From NCBI GenBank assembly GCA_001275005.1, contig JWZX01003216.1, positions 1 to 48,883 of the forward strand: 48,883 nucleotides of DNA. The letters run 5' to 3'. Source of the stretch: Chrysochromulina tobinii (Eukaryota). Position 1 is the first letter of the stretch; each line of letters begins with the position of its first letter. Shown here piece after piece: positions 35,103 through 44,893 of the stretch. The notes under the pieces were generated by a model that was given only the letters and a program-made list of their open reading frames with translations, did not search any database and was not told the origin of the DNA. A program made the position numbers and the translations under genes.

Positions 35103-36601
35103 TTACATCAGCTGCACCGCCTGCGCGCCGAGCGCGAGCGAGAGGCGCTCCGCGTACGCAGCATCGTACGTAGCCGCATGGGCGCTCAAACTCGCGAAGC
35201 ATACGGTCGGCCAGCGCCACCGGCACACGCGCGTCGTCCGCAATGGCGCATGCATGCATCGCCTTTCGCAGGTCCGTGAGCATGCGTTTGTGGTCGTTGC
35301 GGTGGGATGCGCGGGCAGATGCCTCAGCCGAGAAGGCGCTCACGACGGCGCTCGCCCCGGCGCCGTGGCGGGCGGCCACCTCGGCGGCCTCCGCGGCGGC
35401 GGCCGCCTGGTACAAATGTGCATCCAACAAGGCCTCCTCCCGAGCAAAGTGGGCCTCATACGCTTTGAGAAGGAGCGCTGCGCTCGCTCCATCGCGCCGC
35501 GTGCGCAGCTGCTCGAGGGCGGCCTCGCACGCGGCGTGGTCGGCGTCCAGTGCAGCCACGAGCACCGAAGCCGTCGGCTGCAGAGGCGCGACCAGCACGT
35601 CGTCCTCGGCCGTCGGCGTCGTCGGCTCAGCCGCAGCCATCTCGTCCGCGGCCACCGTCTCGCGAGAACGTTTCACATTCTCCACGGGCGGCGGCGCACG
35701 GGACGACTTATGTCAACTGCCGCCGTCGAAGCAGCCCTCGGCCGACTCGTCCCCACAGTCCTTCGCCTTCGCCACCTCGCCGCAGCCGCCCGGACCGCAG
35801 CCGCCCCCTTGCGCCTTGCCCGCCGGCTCGCTGATCACCGTCAAGTTGTCCATTCGGATGCGAAGGGGCGTACCTGTGGGGAGGGCATGGCGCCGTGGTG
35901 AAGACTTGCATGCAAGCAGTGTCCACTATCAAGTTGTCCATTCGGATGCGAAGGGGCGTACCATCCGTGAGCCTGACCACGCAGCGCCCCTCGGGGTCGC
36001 CCTCGGGCCCCTGCACGCACACGCCGTACGTGCCGTTCAGGTCCGCACGGCTCTTCAGCCCGTGCAGCCTCACTGTCTCCCCGGCTGGGATGGTCGGCCC
36101 CGGCAGCGCCGGAGGCACGCCGCCGCTGCTCTTCTTGTCGATGAGGGCTGACAAAAGGGTCTCAACGTGCCCGAAGGCGGCCCGGGGGCCTACCTGCTGG
36201 TACGCCGTCGTCGCACGGCAGACGACCGAGTGCGACGAGTCCAGCACGATGAAGCCGTTGCAACCCAGCTGACCCCACGCCGGCACGTCATTGTCAGAGC
36301 CGATGTATGAGATGGTGCAATCCTTGAGCTTGAGCCGGGTCGCAAATGTCTCCGCGAGCCCGGGCCCGTCGCAGCTCACGAGCAGGAAGCTGGCCTTGCC
36401 CTTGAAGCGGCGCGCCCAATCGTCGCACTGCTCCGCGCAAGGCCAGCACCCCCCTCACCCGGTGAACAGGTGGAGGACGGCGGGCTGGTTGGGCGTGAGG
36501 ACCTCGGAGAGAGGCTTGCGCTCGCGCTTGGCGCGCGGCGAGGGGTAGTTGGAGACCAGGCTCACGTATGTCACGGGCGGTCGGACGACTGGCTGCGCCA
36601 T
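35103..36601 (-). CDS. putative two-Sec selenoprotein: thioredoxin-like (UGGC) + SH3-like barrel + Cys-rich linker (second U) + hemerythrin domain
   Basis: ATG at 36601; in-frame TGA at 36455-36457 in VLHLFTG-U-GGCWPC; intron 35874-35961; second in-frame TGA at 35713-35715 in GCFDGGS-U-HK. Hemerythrin ligands DADH, HFAREE, HRNDH, then HAATYD after removing one C at 35180-35182. TAA at 35103-35105; SECIS downstream. Confidence 0.8.
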
Positions 36602-37013
36602 CGGCCGTGACGCACCGGCAGGGAGGGAGAGAAAGCGTCGTCGCAAAAACTAGGGTCCACCATGGGTGGACAGTCCCATGCCGGGTATGAATAGTGGTGT
36701 GAAATCCTTGTTTGGCCCAGCCACGACGAAAGTACAGCTTCCTTATGGAAACCTTACAACATCTGTGTTCACAGCTCCACACGGCGCGCGCGCACACACT
36801 CCACAACCACGCAACAACCAAGTGCAGCGCTGCCTGGTCGGTCGGCTGGGAGCTCTCAGTCTTTGCATGCACGTCCGTTACTGTACGCCATGGACGGTGC
36901 CCGCTGCCCTCCTATCAGTCGAAGCCGTGTGCACTGATGAAGGGAGCCATGTTGCCCCGCCACCCGGCATCATATCCTGCGGCGAGATTCAGCAGGAGAT
37001 CTTGCGGCAGTTC

Positions 37014-37664
37014 TTAGATCCCCGGTAGGCGGATGTACATGGAATAGTTGTTGCCTGCGGGTACGATGGAAGTTGCTCCGCCGATGTAGCAGTGCTGCTG
37101 CGACTTGTCCACTGCGTACGCGGTGCATGCTGGGTTCTTATCGCAGCTCTGCTCGCAGACGAACGACGGCAGCTCGTAGGTGGCGATCAACTGCCACGTG
37201 TCAGTGGCCGCATTCGCGGGGCACTTCTTGAAGGTGGTGCCCGCCGGGCCCTTCACGAAAGTTCCGACGGTGGTCTCGCTGCAGCGGTACATGTGAACAA
37301 AGGAGGTCTTGTCCGGATCTGCCAACGCCCACTCAATTGCCGTGTTCGATGACGTCGGAGGGACGCTGGGATCGTCCAGCAGCACCTGATCGGCGTTGTT
37401 CGCCTCGCCGATTCCAAGCATGACTTCTTCTGGGAGCGGAACGCCCGGGATGGCCATGAATACCTGCGAGCGTGTCCGCGCAAACGGGCATGAGAGTGGG
37501 AGAGTCCTTTTGTGGCCCTTGCACACACGCACCATGCTAGACGCCGACGGCACGACTCCTGCTGCCTTTGTCGTAGAGCCTGGAAAATAGACGCCAGGCA
37601 CCGTCACGTAGTCCGACGCGTTGCCGGCCGCCATAGCGGTTGAGACAAGCGCAGCGATCATCAT
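37014..37664 (-). CDS. secreted protein with C-terminal PAN/apple-like domain (paralogue 1)
   Basis: Signal-like MMIAALVSTAMAA; CEQSCDKNPACTAYAVDKSQQHCYIG; probable 69-bp in-frame intron 37464-37532. Confidence 0.7.
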   Translation of the reverse strand: MMIAALVSTAMAAGNASDYVTVPGVYFPGSTTKAAGVVPSASSMVRVCKGHKRTLPLSCPFARTRSQVFMAIPGVPLPEEVMLGIGEANNADQVLLDDPSVPPTSSNTAIEWALADPDKTSFVHMYRCSETTVGTFVKGPAGTTFKKCPANAATDTWQLIATYELPSFVCEQSCDKNPACTAYAVDKSQQHCYIGGATSIVPAGNNYSMYIRLPGI

Positions 37665-38271
37665 TGTTGTGAGGTGAACTTGCGCCAAGCACGAACTCAC
37701 GCACGGTCCTTTTAGGGCGGTAGGGCCGACAAGTTTGTCATTCGTGCTTCTAGACTGACTGATGAGCCGTGTACATGTAGGATACCTATACTGGTTATCG
37801 CATTTCCTGGGGTTTAAATGCGTTCCTTACCCGAATGCGTATCAAACGTGCTTTACTTGACCCAAGTGGGCGAAGGGGGAACTTTAGTGGTCTTTATAGT
37901 TTATTTCGTCTTACTACTATTGATCTAGTTTTCATGTTTATAAGGCCTCAACCCCACACCTGTTTGGGAATTGAATGTTTTCCTAGTACCTAGACCTAGT
38001 CGAGTGGCCCGCAACCGACCAACCGTGGCATGGGTAGCACAAGTTTGCAATCAGTCGACCTGTGCAGAGTTTTGCGGTGTTGGCGCGGTGCACCGACCGA
38101 CCGTCATGCCGACCGTCGACCGTGCCTCGGCACAGTCTGGCTGGCTCTTTCCCACAAACACCTGAACCGCGCGTGCTCGACTGCGGCTGTCGCCTACGCG
38201 GACCTGCTGCCGGGGTGCCGGTGCTCTCCCCTACATCTGGTCAACGGTTTGGCCTCGGAACATTTCAGTTC

Positions 38272-38925
38272 TCAGATCCCCGGTAGGCGGATGTACATGG
38301 AATAGTTCTTGCCTGTGGGCACGACGGAAGCTGGACCGCCGATGTAGCAGTTCTGCTGATCCTTGTCCACAGCATACACGGTGCATTCTGGGTTCTTATC
38401 ACAGCTCTGCTCGCAGACGAACGCCGGCAACGCATAGGTCGCGATCAAGCGGTACGTGTCGGAGGCCGCATTCATGGGGCACTTCTTGAAGGTGGTGCCC
38501 GCCGGGCCCTTCACGAAAGTTCCGACGGTGGTCTCGCTGCAGCGGTACATGTGAACAAAGGAGGTCTTGCCCGGATCTGCCAACGCCCACTCAATTGCCG
38601 TCGTCGATGACGTCGGAGGGACGCTGGGATCGTCCAGCAGCACCTGGTCGGCGTTGTTCGCCTCGCCGATCCAAAGAATGGGTACCTCTGGGAGCGGAAC
38701 GCCCGGGATGGCCATGAATACCTGCGAGCGTGTTCGCGCAAACAGGCATGAGAGTGGGAGAGTCCTTTTGTGGCCCTTGCACATACGCACCATGCTAGAT
38801 GTCGACGGCACGACTCCTGCTGTCTTTGACTTAGAGTTTGGGAAAAAGACGCCAGGCACCGTCACGTAGTCCGACGCGTTGCCGGCCGCCGCAGCAGACG
38901 GGACAAGCGCAGCGAACATCATCAT
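38272..38925 (-). CDS. secreted protein with C-terminal PAN/apple-like domain (paralogue 2)
   Basis: Closely similar tandem copy of 37014-37664; signal-like MMMFAALVPSAAAA; probable intron 38722-38790. Confidence 0.7.
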   Translation of the reverse strand: MMMFAALVPSAAAAGNASDYVTVPGVFFPNSKSKTAGVVPSTSSMVRMCKGHKRTLPLSCLFARTRSQVFMAIPGVPLPEVPILWIGEANNADQVLLDDPSVPPTSSTTAIEWALADPGKTSFVHMYRCSETTVGTFVKGPAGTTFKKCPMNAASDTYRLIATYALPAFVCEQSCDKNPECTVYAVDKDQQNCYIGGPASVVPTGKNYSMYIRLPGI

Positions 38926-39172
38926 GGTTGTGTGTGTGAAGAACATCAGAGGTTGCAAAGAGCTCGGACGGCGCCGCTCCGCAGCAGGACCCGACATTGA
39001 AGACGACGAAATTCCTGATTTGACAAACACGTCCTGATAGAAGCCCCTCTTCACCTACATTGTACCTCGCCTCATTTATTCCTGTCGAGACGAAGTGCGG
39101 GAATCTCCGTCGGCGGGCCGTCGGAGGCTCCGACAACTTCTCGTCGTGGTCTCCGCTCCCAGGGTCGTTTTC

Positions 39173-39994
39173 ATGCTGCCTCTCTCCCCCTTTTTCTTCG
39201 CGGTGCCCATGTTGCACAGCGCGGTGCCCAATGTCACGCTGTGCAACTATACAATCCACGTGCAAAAGGGCTGCAGTCCCTCGCGCGACTGGATTCTCAC
39301 CGCACGCCACGTCCCAGACAACACCCTGACGGTGGCGAACTTCGGGATGATGTGTGTCGACGAAACCACCTGCGCGAGCAAGGCCATGTCCGCCGATGCG
39401 GCGGCGGAGGTGTGCGCAGCGGCAAAACTCTGCGCGGGCCAAGGAGGAGCCCGTGTCATCAATGCCCAGAGCGGCTACGCGCTCGCCGATGGGCAAGACT
39501 GTTGCGTCGAGGGCGAGGTCAGCCTGCAAGGTTCCCAGATGGCCAACTGCACCCCCAGCCCGCCACTGTACATGTGCATCGAGGAGACCGGATGCTCGTA
39601 CTGCCCGCACCCGCTCTACTGCCCCTACGCGGTCCCCAAGGAACAGTGTGAAGACACCTGCAACCCCACTTACCTCTGCGTAGACGGCTCCTGCCAGCCG
39701 TGCCCAGACCCGTACAACTGCCCGGGTGCAGTGTCCCTCTCAAAGTGCAACTCGATGTGCAGCGCGCCGACCCCGCTGTTCCAGTGCATCGATGACGGCT
39801 GCCATCAATGCGCCGACCCTTCCAATTGCCCGAACTCGACCACCTTCCAGAGCTGCAACTCGACCTGCGCCTACTCGCAGCCGTGGTACCAGTGCGTCAT
39901 CGACGTGGGGTGCGTGAAGTGCAAGGACCCGATCTCATGCCCCAACGCAACTTCTCACCAATCGTGCCTCACCAAGTACGACAAGGGCTGCTGA
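39173..39994 (+). CDS. secreted cysteine-rich repeat protein
   Basis: Hydrophobic N-terminus; four ~35-aa repeats of the form (Y/F)xC(I/V)xxxCxxCxxPxxCPxAxxxxxCxxxC. Confidence 0.7.
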   Translation: MLPLSPFFFAVPMLHSAVPNVTLCNYTIHVQKGCSPSRDWILTARHVPDNTLTVANFGMMCVDETTCASKAMSADAAAEVCAAAKLCAGQGGARVINAQSGYALADGQDCCVEGEVSLQGSQMANCTPSPPLYMCIEETGCSYCPHPLYCPYAVPKEQCEDTCNPTYLCVDGSCQPCPDPYNCPGAVSLSKCNSMCSAPTPLFQCIDDGCHQCADPSNCPNSTTFQSCNSTCAYSQPWYQCVIDVGCVKCKDPISCPNATSHQSCLTKYDKGC

Positions 39995-40413
39995 GGTCGA
40001 TCGGAGCACAGGTACCAACTTCTCACCAATCGTGCCTCACCAAGTACGACAAGGGCTGCTAAGGTCGATCGGAGCGCGGGTACCCGCTCGCCACGGCGCT
40101 CCCTCCAAAGTACCCGCTCGCCACGGCGCTCGTCCAAGGTACCCGCTCGCCACGGCGCTCCTACCAAGGAACCCGCTCGCCACGGCGCTCCGACCGAGAT
40201 ACATGTAGAAACCGGGGCCGCGCTCGTAAGCGTGGCTCCACTCCGTGGGCTCGCTGAGCCCTGCATGCGCTTTCGATCCATTCGGTTCTCTGGTCTCACA
40301 AGTGCACGAGGTGGACTCGGGACAGAGGCGGCACAGAGGGGCAGCGCCCTCAGCGCGCCGCACGAGGTGGACTCGGGACAGAGGCGGCACAGAGGGCAGC
40401 GCCCTCAGCGCGC
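39948..40413. repeat. cluster of local duplications at the 3' end of the Cys-rich gene
   Basis: 60-bp direct repeat at 39948-40007 and 40016-40075 that includes the stop codon; four ~30-bp units (acccgctcgccacggcgctc..) at 40079-40192; a ~55-bp direct repeat at 40304-40413. Confidence 0.85.
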
Positions 40414-40722
40414 CAATCCTAAAACTTATATCAGAAGTTGTATCTTGTCTTAATCCGTCCTCAAGGGGGAGCCTCGGGGGGCATTTGACTGTACTCTGCT
40501 TTATGACTTCTGACTGAAGTTGCGTTGCGCCGAGGACCGAGAGGTGTGTTGGTGTGTGAAATGTCCCGAAATGGAAATTCCACCCCTTAAGATTCCACAC
40601 CTCCTGCCTCCGGTCGGACGTTGAAAAACCCGAGCGCGCGCAGCGCGCGCGAGCGCGCGCAGCGCGACCGACTAACTTTTTGGGATCGCCCGTCCGCCCA
40701 CTCGCGACCGCCCCGGCAACCC

Positions 40723-41346
40723 ATGGTGCTGACTCCGAAGAACCAGCGCCAGCCGCAGTGGAGAGAGCCCGCGTACTGGAAGAGTACCGAGCAGCGCGGC
40801 ATGAGCCCGCGGACGGAGGGGTTCTCCGAAAACGGCTACATCATGCCGGGCACATGCCCTGCGCCAATGTACTCCGACCCCAATGGGCGTAATGTGATCT
40901 CTATGCCCGGTTCGGTGGCTGGCATGACCGCCAAGTCCAACATGGACGCGCAGTGGGCGGATGCGTCCATCTGGTGGCGGATGGCCGTCATCATCCGCAT
41001 GCGCCGGCTCGACCTCATCGAGATCATGCACGGCTTTGATCCGAAGGACTGCAACAAGTTTGAGCAGACGGTCTTCCAGCGCGCGCTGGCGGACTGCTTC
41101 GGCAACCAGTGGGGCGAGCTCGGCATGACGGCTGCAGAGTACGAGGAGATCACCGCCCCGTACCTGACCGGCCCGCCCTCGGCGCCCGGCCAGCCTCCAC
41201 CAATGATCGGCTATCGCCGCTTTGCATGCGACCTGATGAAGATTGCGGAGGAGCAGATCAGTGATCAGGACACGAAGATCGCGATGGCGATGCGAGGCAA
41301 GGCAACCGTCACGCCGCTCAATCAAAAGGTCGCGCCGCGCCGATAA
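40723..41346 (+). CDS. hypothetical protein, possible degenerate EF-hand pair
   Basis: ATG ORF with strong GC3 bias; RRLDLIEIMHGFDPKDCNKFEQTVFQRAL...IGYRRFACDL resembles EF-hand helix-loop-helix units. Confidence 0.6.
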   Translation: MVLTPKNQRQPQWREPAYWKSTEQRGMSPRTEGFSENGYIMPGTCPAPMYSDPNGRNVISMPGSVAGMTAKSNMDAQWADASIWWRMAVIIRMRRLDLIEIMHGFDPKDCNKFEQTVFQRALADCFGNQWGELGMTAAEYEEITAPYLTGPPSAPGQPPPMIGYRRFACDLMKIAEEQISDQDTKIAMAMRGKATVTPLNQKVAPRR

Positions 41347-42564
41347 GCTCCGCGACGGGAGACTGAGCGCCGCGGCAACAGGATATGGTTAGAGCAGCAC
41401 CTCTCGGCGAACACGGTCGATGTATACGCGTTTAGCTCATGGGGAGGTGTCGTCGATTCGGTGATTGTTAGTTCCACAGCGGCGAAGTGGCGTCGTGTTT
41501 TGCTGCGTATCGAGAAATGTATCAATGTGAATGTCGGGGCGGGGCGAGTGTTTTAAAGGTAGTAAAATACCGGGTTTCCGGATCGCCGCGATCGCGATCG
41601 CGGATCGGGCGCTCCTACGCGACCGGCGGCAGCGGCGTCCGACGACCGATTATTATCTTAAAATTCTTATCATATGCGCCGGTTGGCGGCCTACCATGGT
41701 CAAACGCGAAACGGTACGCGGATCTCGCGCCGATGGCGGGGCCTAGGCGGGGCCGCGCAGACCGCGGTCGTCGACGCGGTCGAATCGCGGGGTCCGGGGA
41801 GATCGATTGATATGCGTCGCGTTGCGGTTGTGCTTACAGCTTAGGTTGTGCTTATGTGGCAAGGTTGCTTCGGCCATCGCGGTCTTCTCCCAGCGTGTAC
41901 CAGTACGCCACGCGGTTGCTGCCCGGAGCCCGCGCGCCGCGCGCCACGCCGCGCGGTGGCGCGTCGTCGGGTTTTCAAGCCGAGCAGTGGCCGCGGACGC
42001 CCGGTCGGACCGGAGCAGGTCGAGGTGCCGCCCCCTGAGCCGAGACCAGCATGACCATGAGACCAGCAGCAGCCACCGGGATCGCGGCCGCATCCCCCGT
42101 ATCACTGCCACCGACGACAGCGCTTTAGCGCTTACGACAGCGCCCGACCGCCGCTCTCGCTAAGGGGGGTGTCCACAGACCCCTTACTCTCGCGGTTCCC
42201 GCCGTACCGGATCTTGCTACTTGCATCTTCCGGGAGATGCAGGGCCAGGGAGGGATGCCCGGTAGAGAAGATGCCGCAGTCCGGGATCAGCGGAGACACG
42301 AGTCGCGTTGAGTCGCGGGAGCTCGCGACGCACATATGTGTTGCACGCGACGTGAGCGTGACGGTGACGAACGATCCAAGTTCCAACAGGACGCGTGATG
42401 AAATCTAACCTCGCGCGCCGCCGCCAGCACGGGCACGCAGGGGACGCACGCGCAAGGTTCAAGGTTGGGCTTCAAGGACAAGGTCCAAGGTGCCCGCATA
42501 AATAAGTGAAAGGTATACTAATCGAAAGGTGTTAATTCGATTGGTGACAAATTGGTATACCGGT

Positions 42565-44606
42565 TCAAGATTCAAGGTGCCCGCCCACCACGTTACAGCC
42601 TGGCTCATTCTGCCCATGCGCGCCACAGCACGGCCAAATGCCAGAGGCCGCATCCCAGGGGGCTTCATGCCGACGGCATTTGAAGTCATGGTCGGGGTGA
42701 AATCGGACGGCGCAGTGGGTGCACAGGGCGGCGGCGGTGGCGGCGGGAGAGACCCGCTTGCGGATCGTGCGCTTGCCGCTTGCATCGTACACGTCATCAA
42801 AGCTGCCCCCACAAGGGTCGACTACCTGAGGCCCATATTAGGCAATCACGTGCACTCAGAGGCCATCACCATCAGCAGCGCAGCACCTCAAATCGGCCGA
42901 CGCGCAATCTCATTCACTCCGAGGCAATCACCATCAGCGCACCTCAAAGCGGCCGACGCGCTTATTGCCATCCCAAGCTCCGCTGTGTACAGAGCCCTTA
43001 CAATCATAGTACACGCCGTCGCCATGGGCAGCGCCGTGAACGAACATGCCCACATGTGCCGATCCGTCGAGTAGTAGCAACTCGCCCATTCCGTGGGGAT
43101 GCCCCTTGCCTGTGCCGATTGCAATCAGAGGCAATTAGAGGCAAGCAGAGGTAATCAGAGGCCATTTAGAGGCCAATTAGAGGCGAGCCGAGGCGATCAG
43201 AGGCATTCAGAGGCCATTTAGAGGCCAGCTTGAATTTTGAGGCCAATTAGAGGCGACCAGAGGCGATCCGAGGCGATCAGAGGTCGTGCAGATGACCGTT
43301 ACCGTCGGAGCGGCCGATGAAGAGCGCGCCGCCTCGCAGTGCCACCAGCCCAACGCCGCCTCCGCCTCCGCCGCCTCCGCCTCCGCCGCCTCCGCCTCCG
43401 CCTCCTCCGCCTCCGCCTCCGCCTCCGCTTCCGCCTCCGCTTCCTCCGCCGCCACCGCCGCCGCGAGCGCCGTCATGAGCGCCGTCGCGAGCGCGAGAGT
43501 CGAAAGGATTCCGACCCAAAAAGGGTCCGCCATGAGATCCTGCACCAGTCTTCCCCGGAGCGCTGAGCGCTGTCGTCGCCGGCTGTGAATGATCTAGCTG
43601 CGAATGACCAAGCTGTAGCTTTTTGGTGGCGGCGTGCGAGGACGATGGCGGCGGTCCGAGCAGCGAAGGCAGCGCGGCTGCAATTCCCGCAGCGCCGCCC
43701 TCCGCGCCCCCCCCCGCAAGCAACTGTAGCCGATCCATCGCCGCGAGCCTGTCGGCCGTTGAGGCGCCCTTGTCACGCGCGAGCGCCACATCAGGATGGA
43801 GGGAAAGCTGCTGTGCGAGCAGCTCGAGCATCTCATTCGAAGACGCACCTTCGCCCCAGGGGTTCTGGGCGGCCTCCCAAGCGTCCGCCTCGTCCGCCGT
43901 CATGGCGACGCAGCGCAGCCCTATGGAGGGAGGCAAGCAGCGAGGCCATCAGAGAGGCCATCAGCGAGGCCATAGGGAGGCCATCAACGAGGAGGTCATC
44001 ACGTGATGCCACCAAGGAGGCCATCAACGAGGCCATCAACGAGAGCATCCGCACCAATCAGAGGCCATCATAGGCAATCAGCGTCGTACGCTCACCCTTC
44101 TCCACCTTCCAGCCCGGCGTCACCTTCCAGCTCTTGTCACTCAGGTCGGGCGAGGCGCACCCGCCGTCGCGCAGGAGCATGACGCCCATCGCGGTGCCGA
44201 GCTGGCTCTCGAGCTGCGCCATCCAGCCGCTCCCGTTGAAAGCGATCATGTGCTTCGGGCGCAGGTGGTGCTGCCACACAGGCCGGTCGTTGACGAGCCG
44301 ATCGGGCACGAGGCGAAAGAGACCCTCGTACGAGGCCGCGAGGCCGTGCAGCTGCGCATGCTCGTGGAACTCGGCGCCGTCGTACGCGAACCGAAGCGCC
44401 GCGGGTGGCGGCCGCACCTCCTCGAGCTCCCACTCCGGCATCAGCTGGACGAAGGCGCCAGGGAAGATGCCCTTTCGCTTGCCGCACGAGCCTTCCCACC
44501 AGCCGTCGGAGCCCTGGTCGGTCACAAGCACGAGATCGCCCACGGCGAGCGAGATCTCACCCTTCTGCTCGGCGTGGAAGGATTGCATGCAGCGGGCCTT
44601 GCCCAT
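42565..44606 (-). CDS. SH3 + MORN-repeat + C-terminal Btk-like zinc-finger protein
   Basis: ARCMQSFHAEQKGEISLAVGD..GWWEGSCGKRKGIFPGAFV (SH3); PHGMGEL..DGSAHVGMFVHGAAHGDGVY..GSVHSGAW (MORN); CRRH..WPCCG..PGC..H. Introns at 43921-44095, 43110-43302 and 42826-42942. Confidence 0.7.
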
Positions 44607-44893
44607 GGCGCCACTTCTAGGCGATGCACACGCAAATCCGAAAGGCGCGCTCACAATGCGCAATCTGCCGAAAACTTTTCGCGCCATTACAAGTAGTGTG
44701 AACGATTTGTACAATGACACACACAGACACTCTTTGTCTGGCCTTCAACACCAACAACAAGTATGCGCATGCATGCTTTCAAACGGCGACCCGATAACGA
44801 AACATGAAAACTTCGACACTAGACGCTCTAGACCCATTTCCTTTTGCGTTCTTGTCGCTGCGTCGCTCTCAGCCTGCTCGCTGCTTCCTTTTT

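Larger units (their letters stand above)
10265..35913. repeat. dispersed 24-bp intronic motif GCATGCAAGTGCTCA(C/T)CACGGCGC, 11 copies (span given; not contiguous)
   Basis: Copies at 10265-10288(-), 11087-11110(-), 17777-17800, 17871-17894, 18984-19007, 20095-20118, 20215-20238, 21614-21637, 22032-22055, 22086-22109 and 35890-35913(-). All lie inside introns and all are in the host's sense orientation. Confidence 0.9.

Noticed and set aside
41350..42560. Short ORFs between the EF-hand-like and SH3 genes
   Set aside because: No recognisable motif or consistent splice model; left unannotated.
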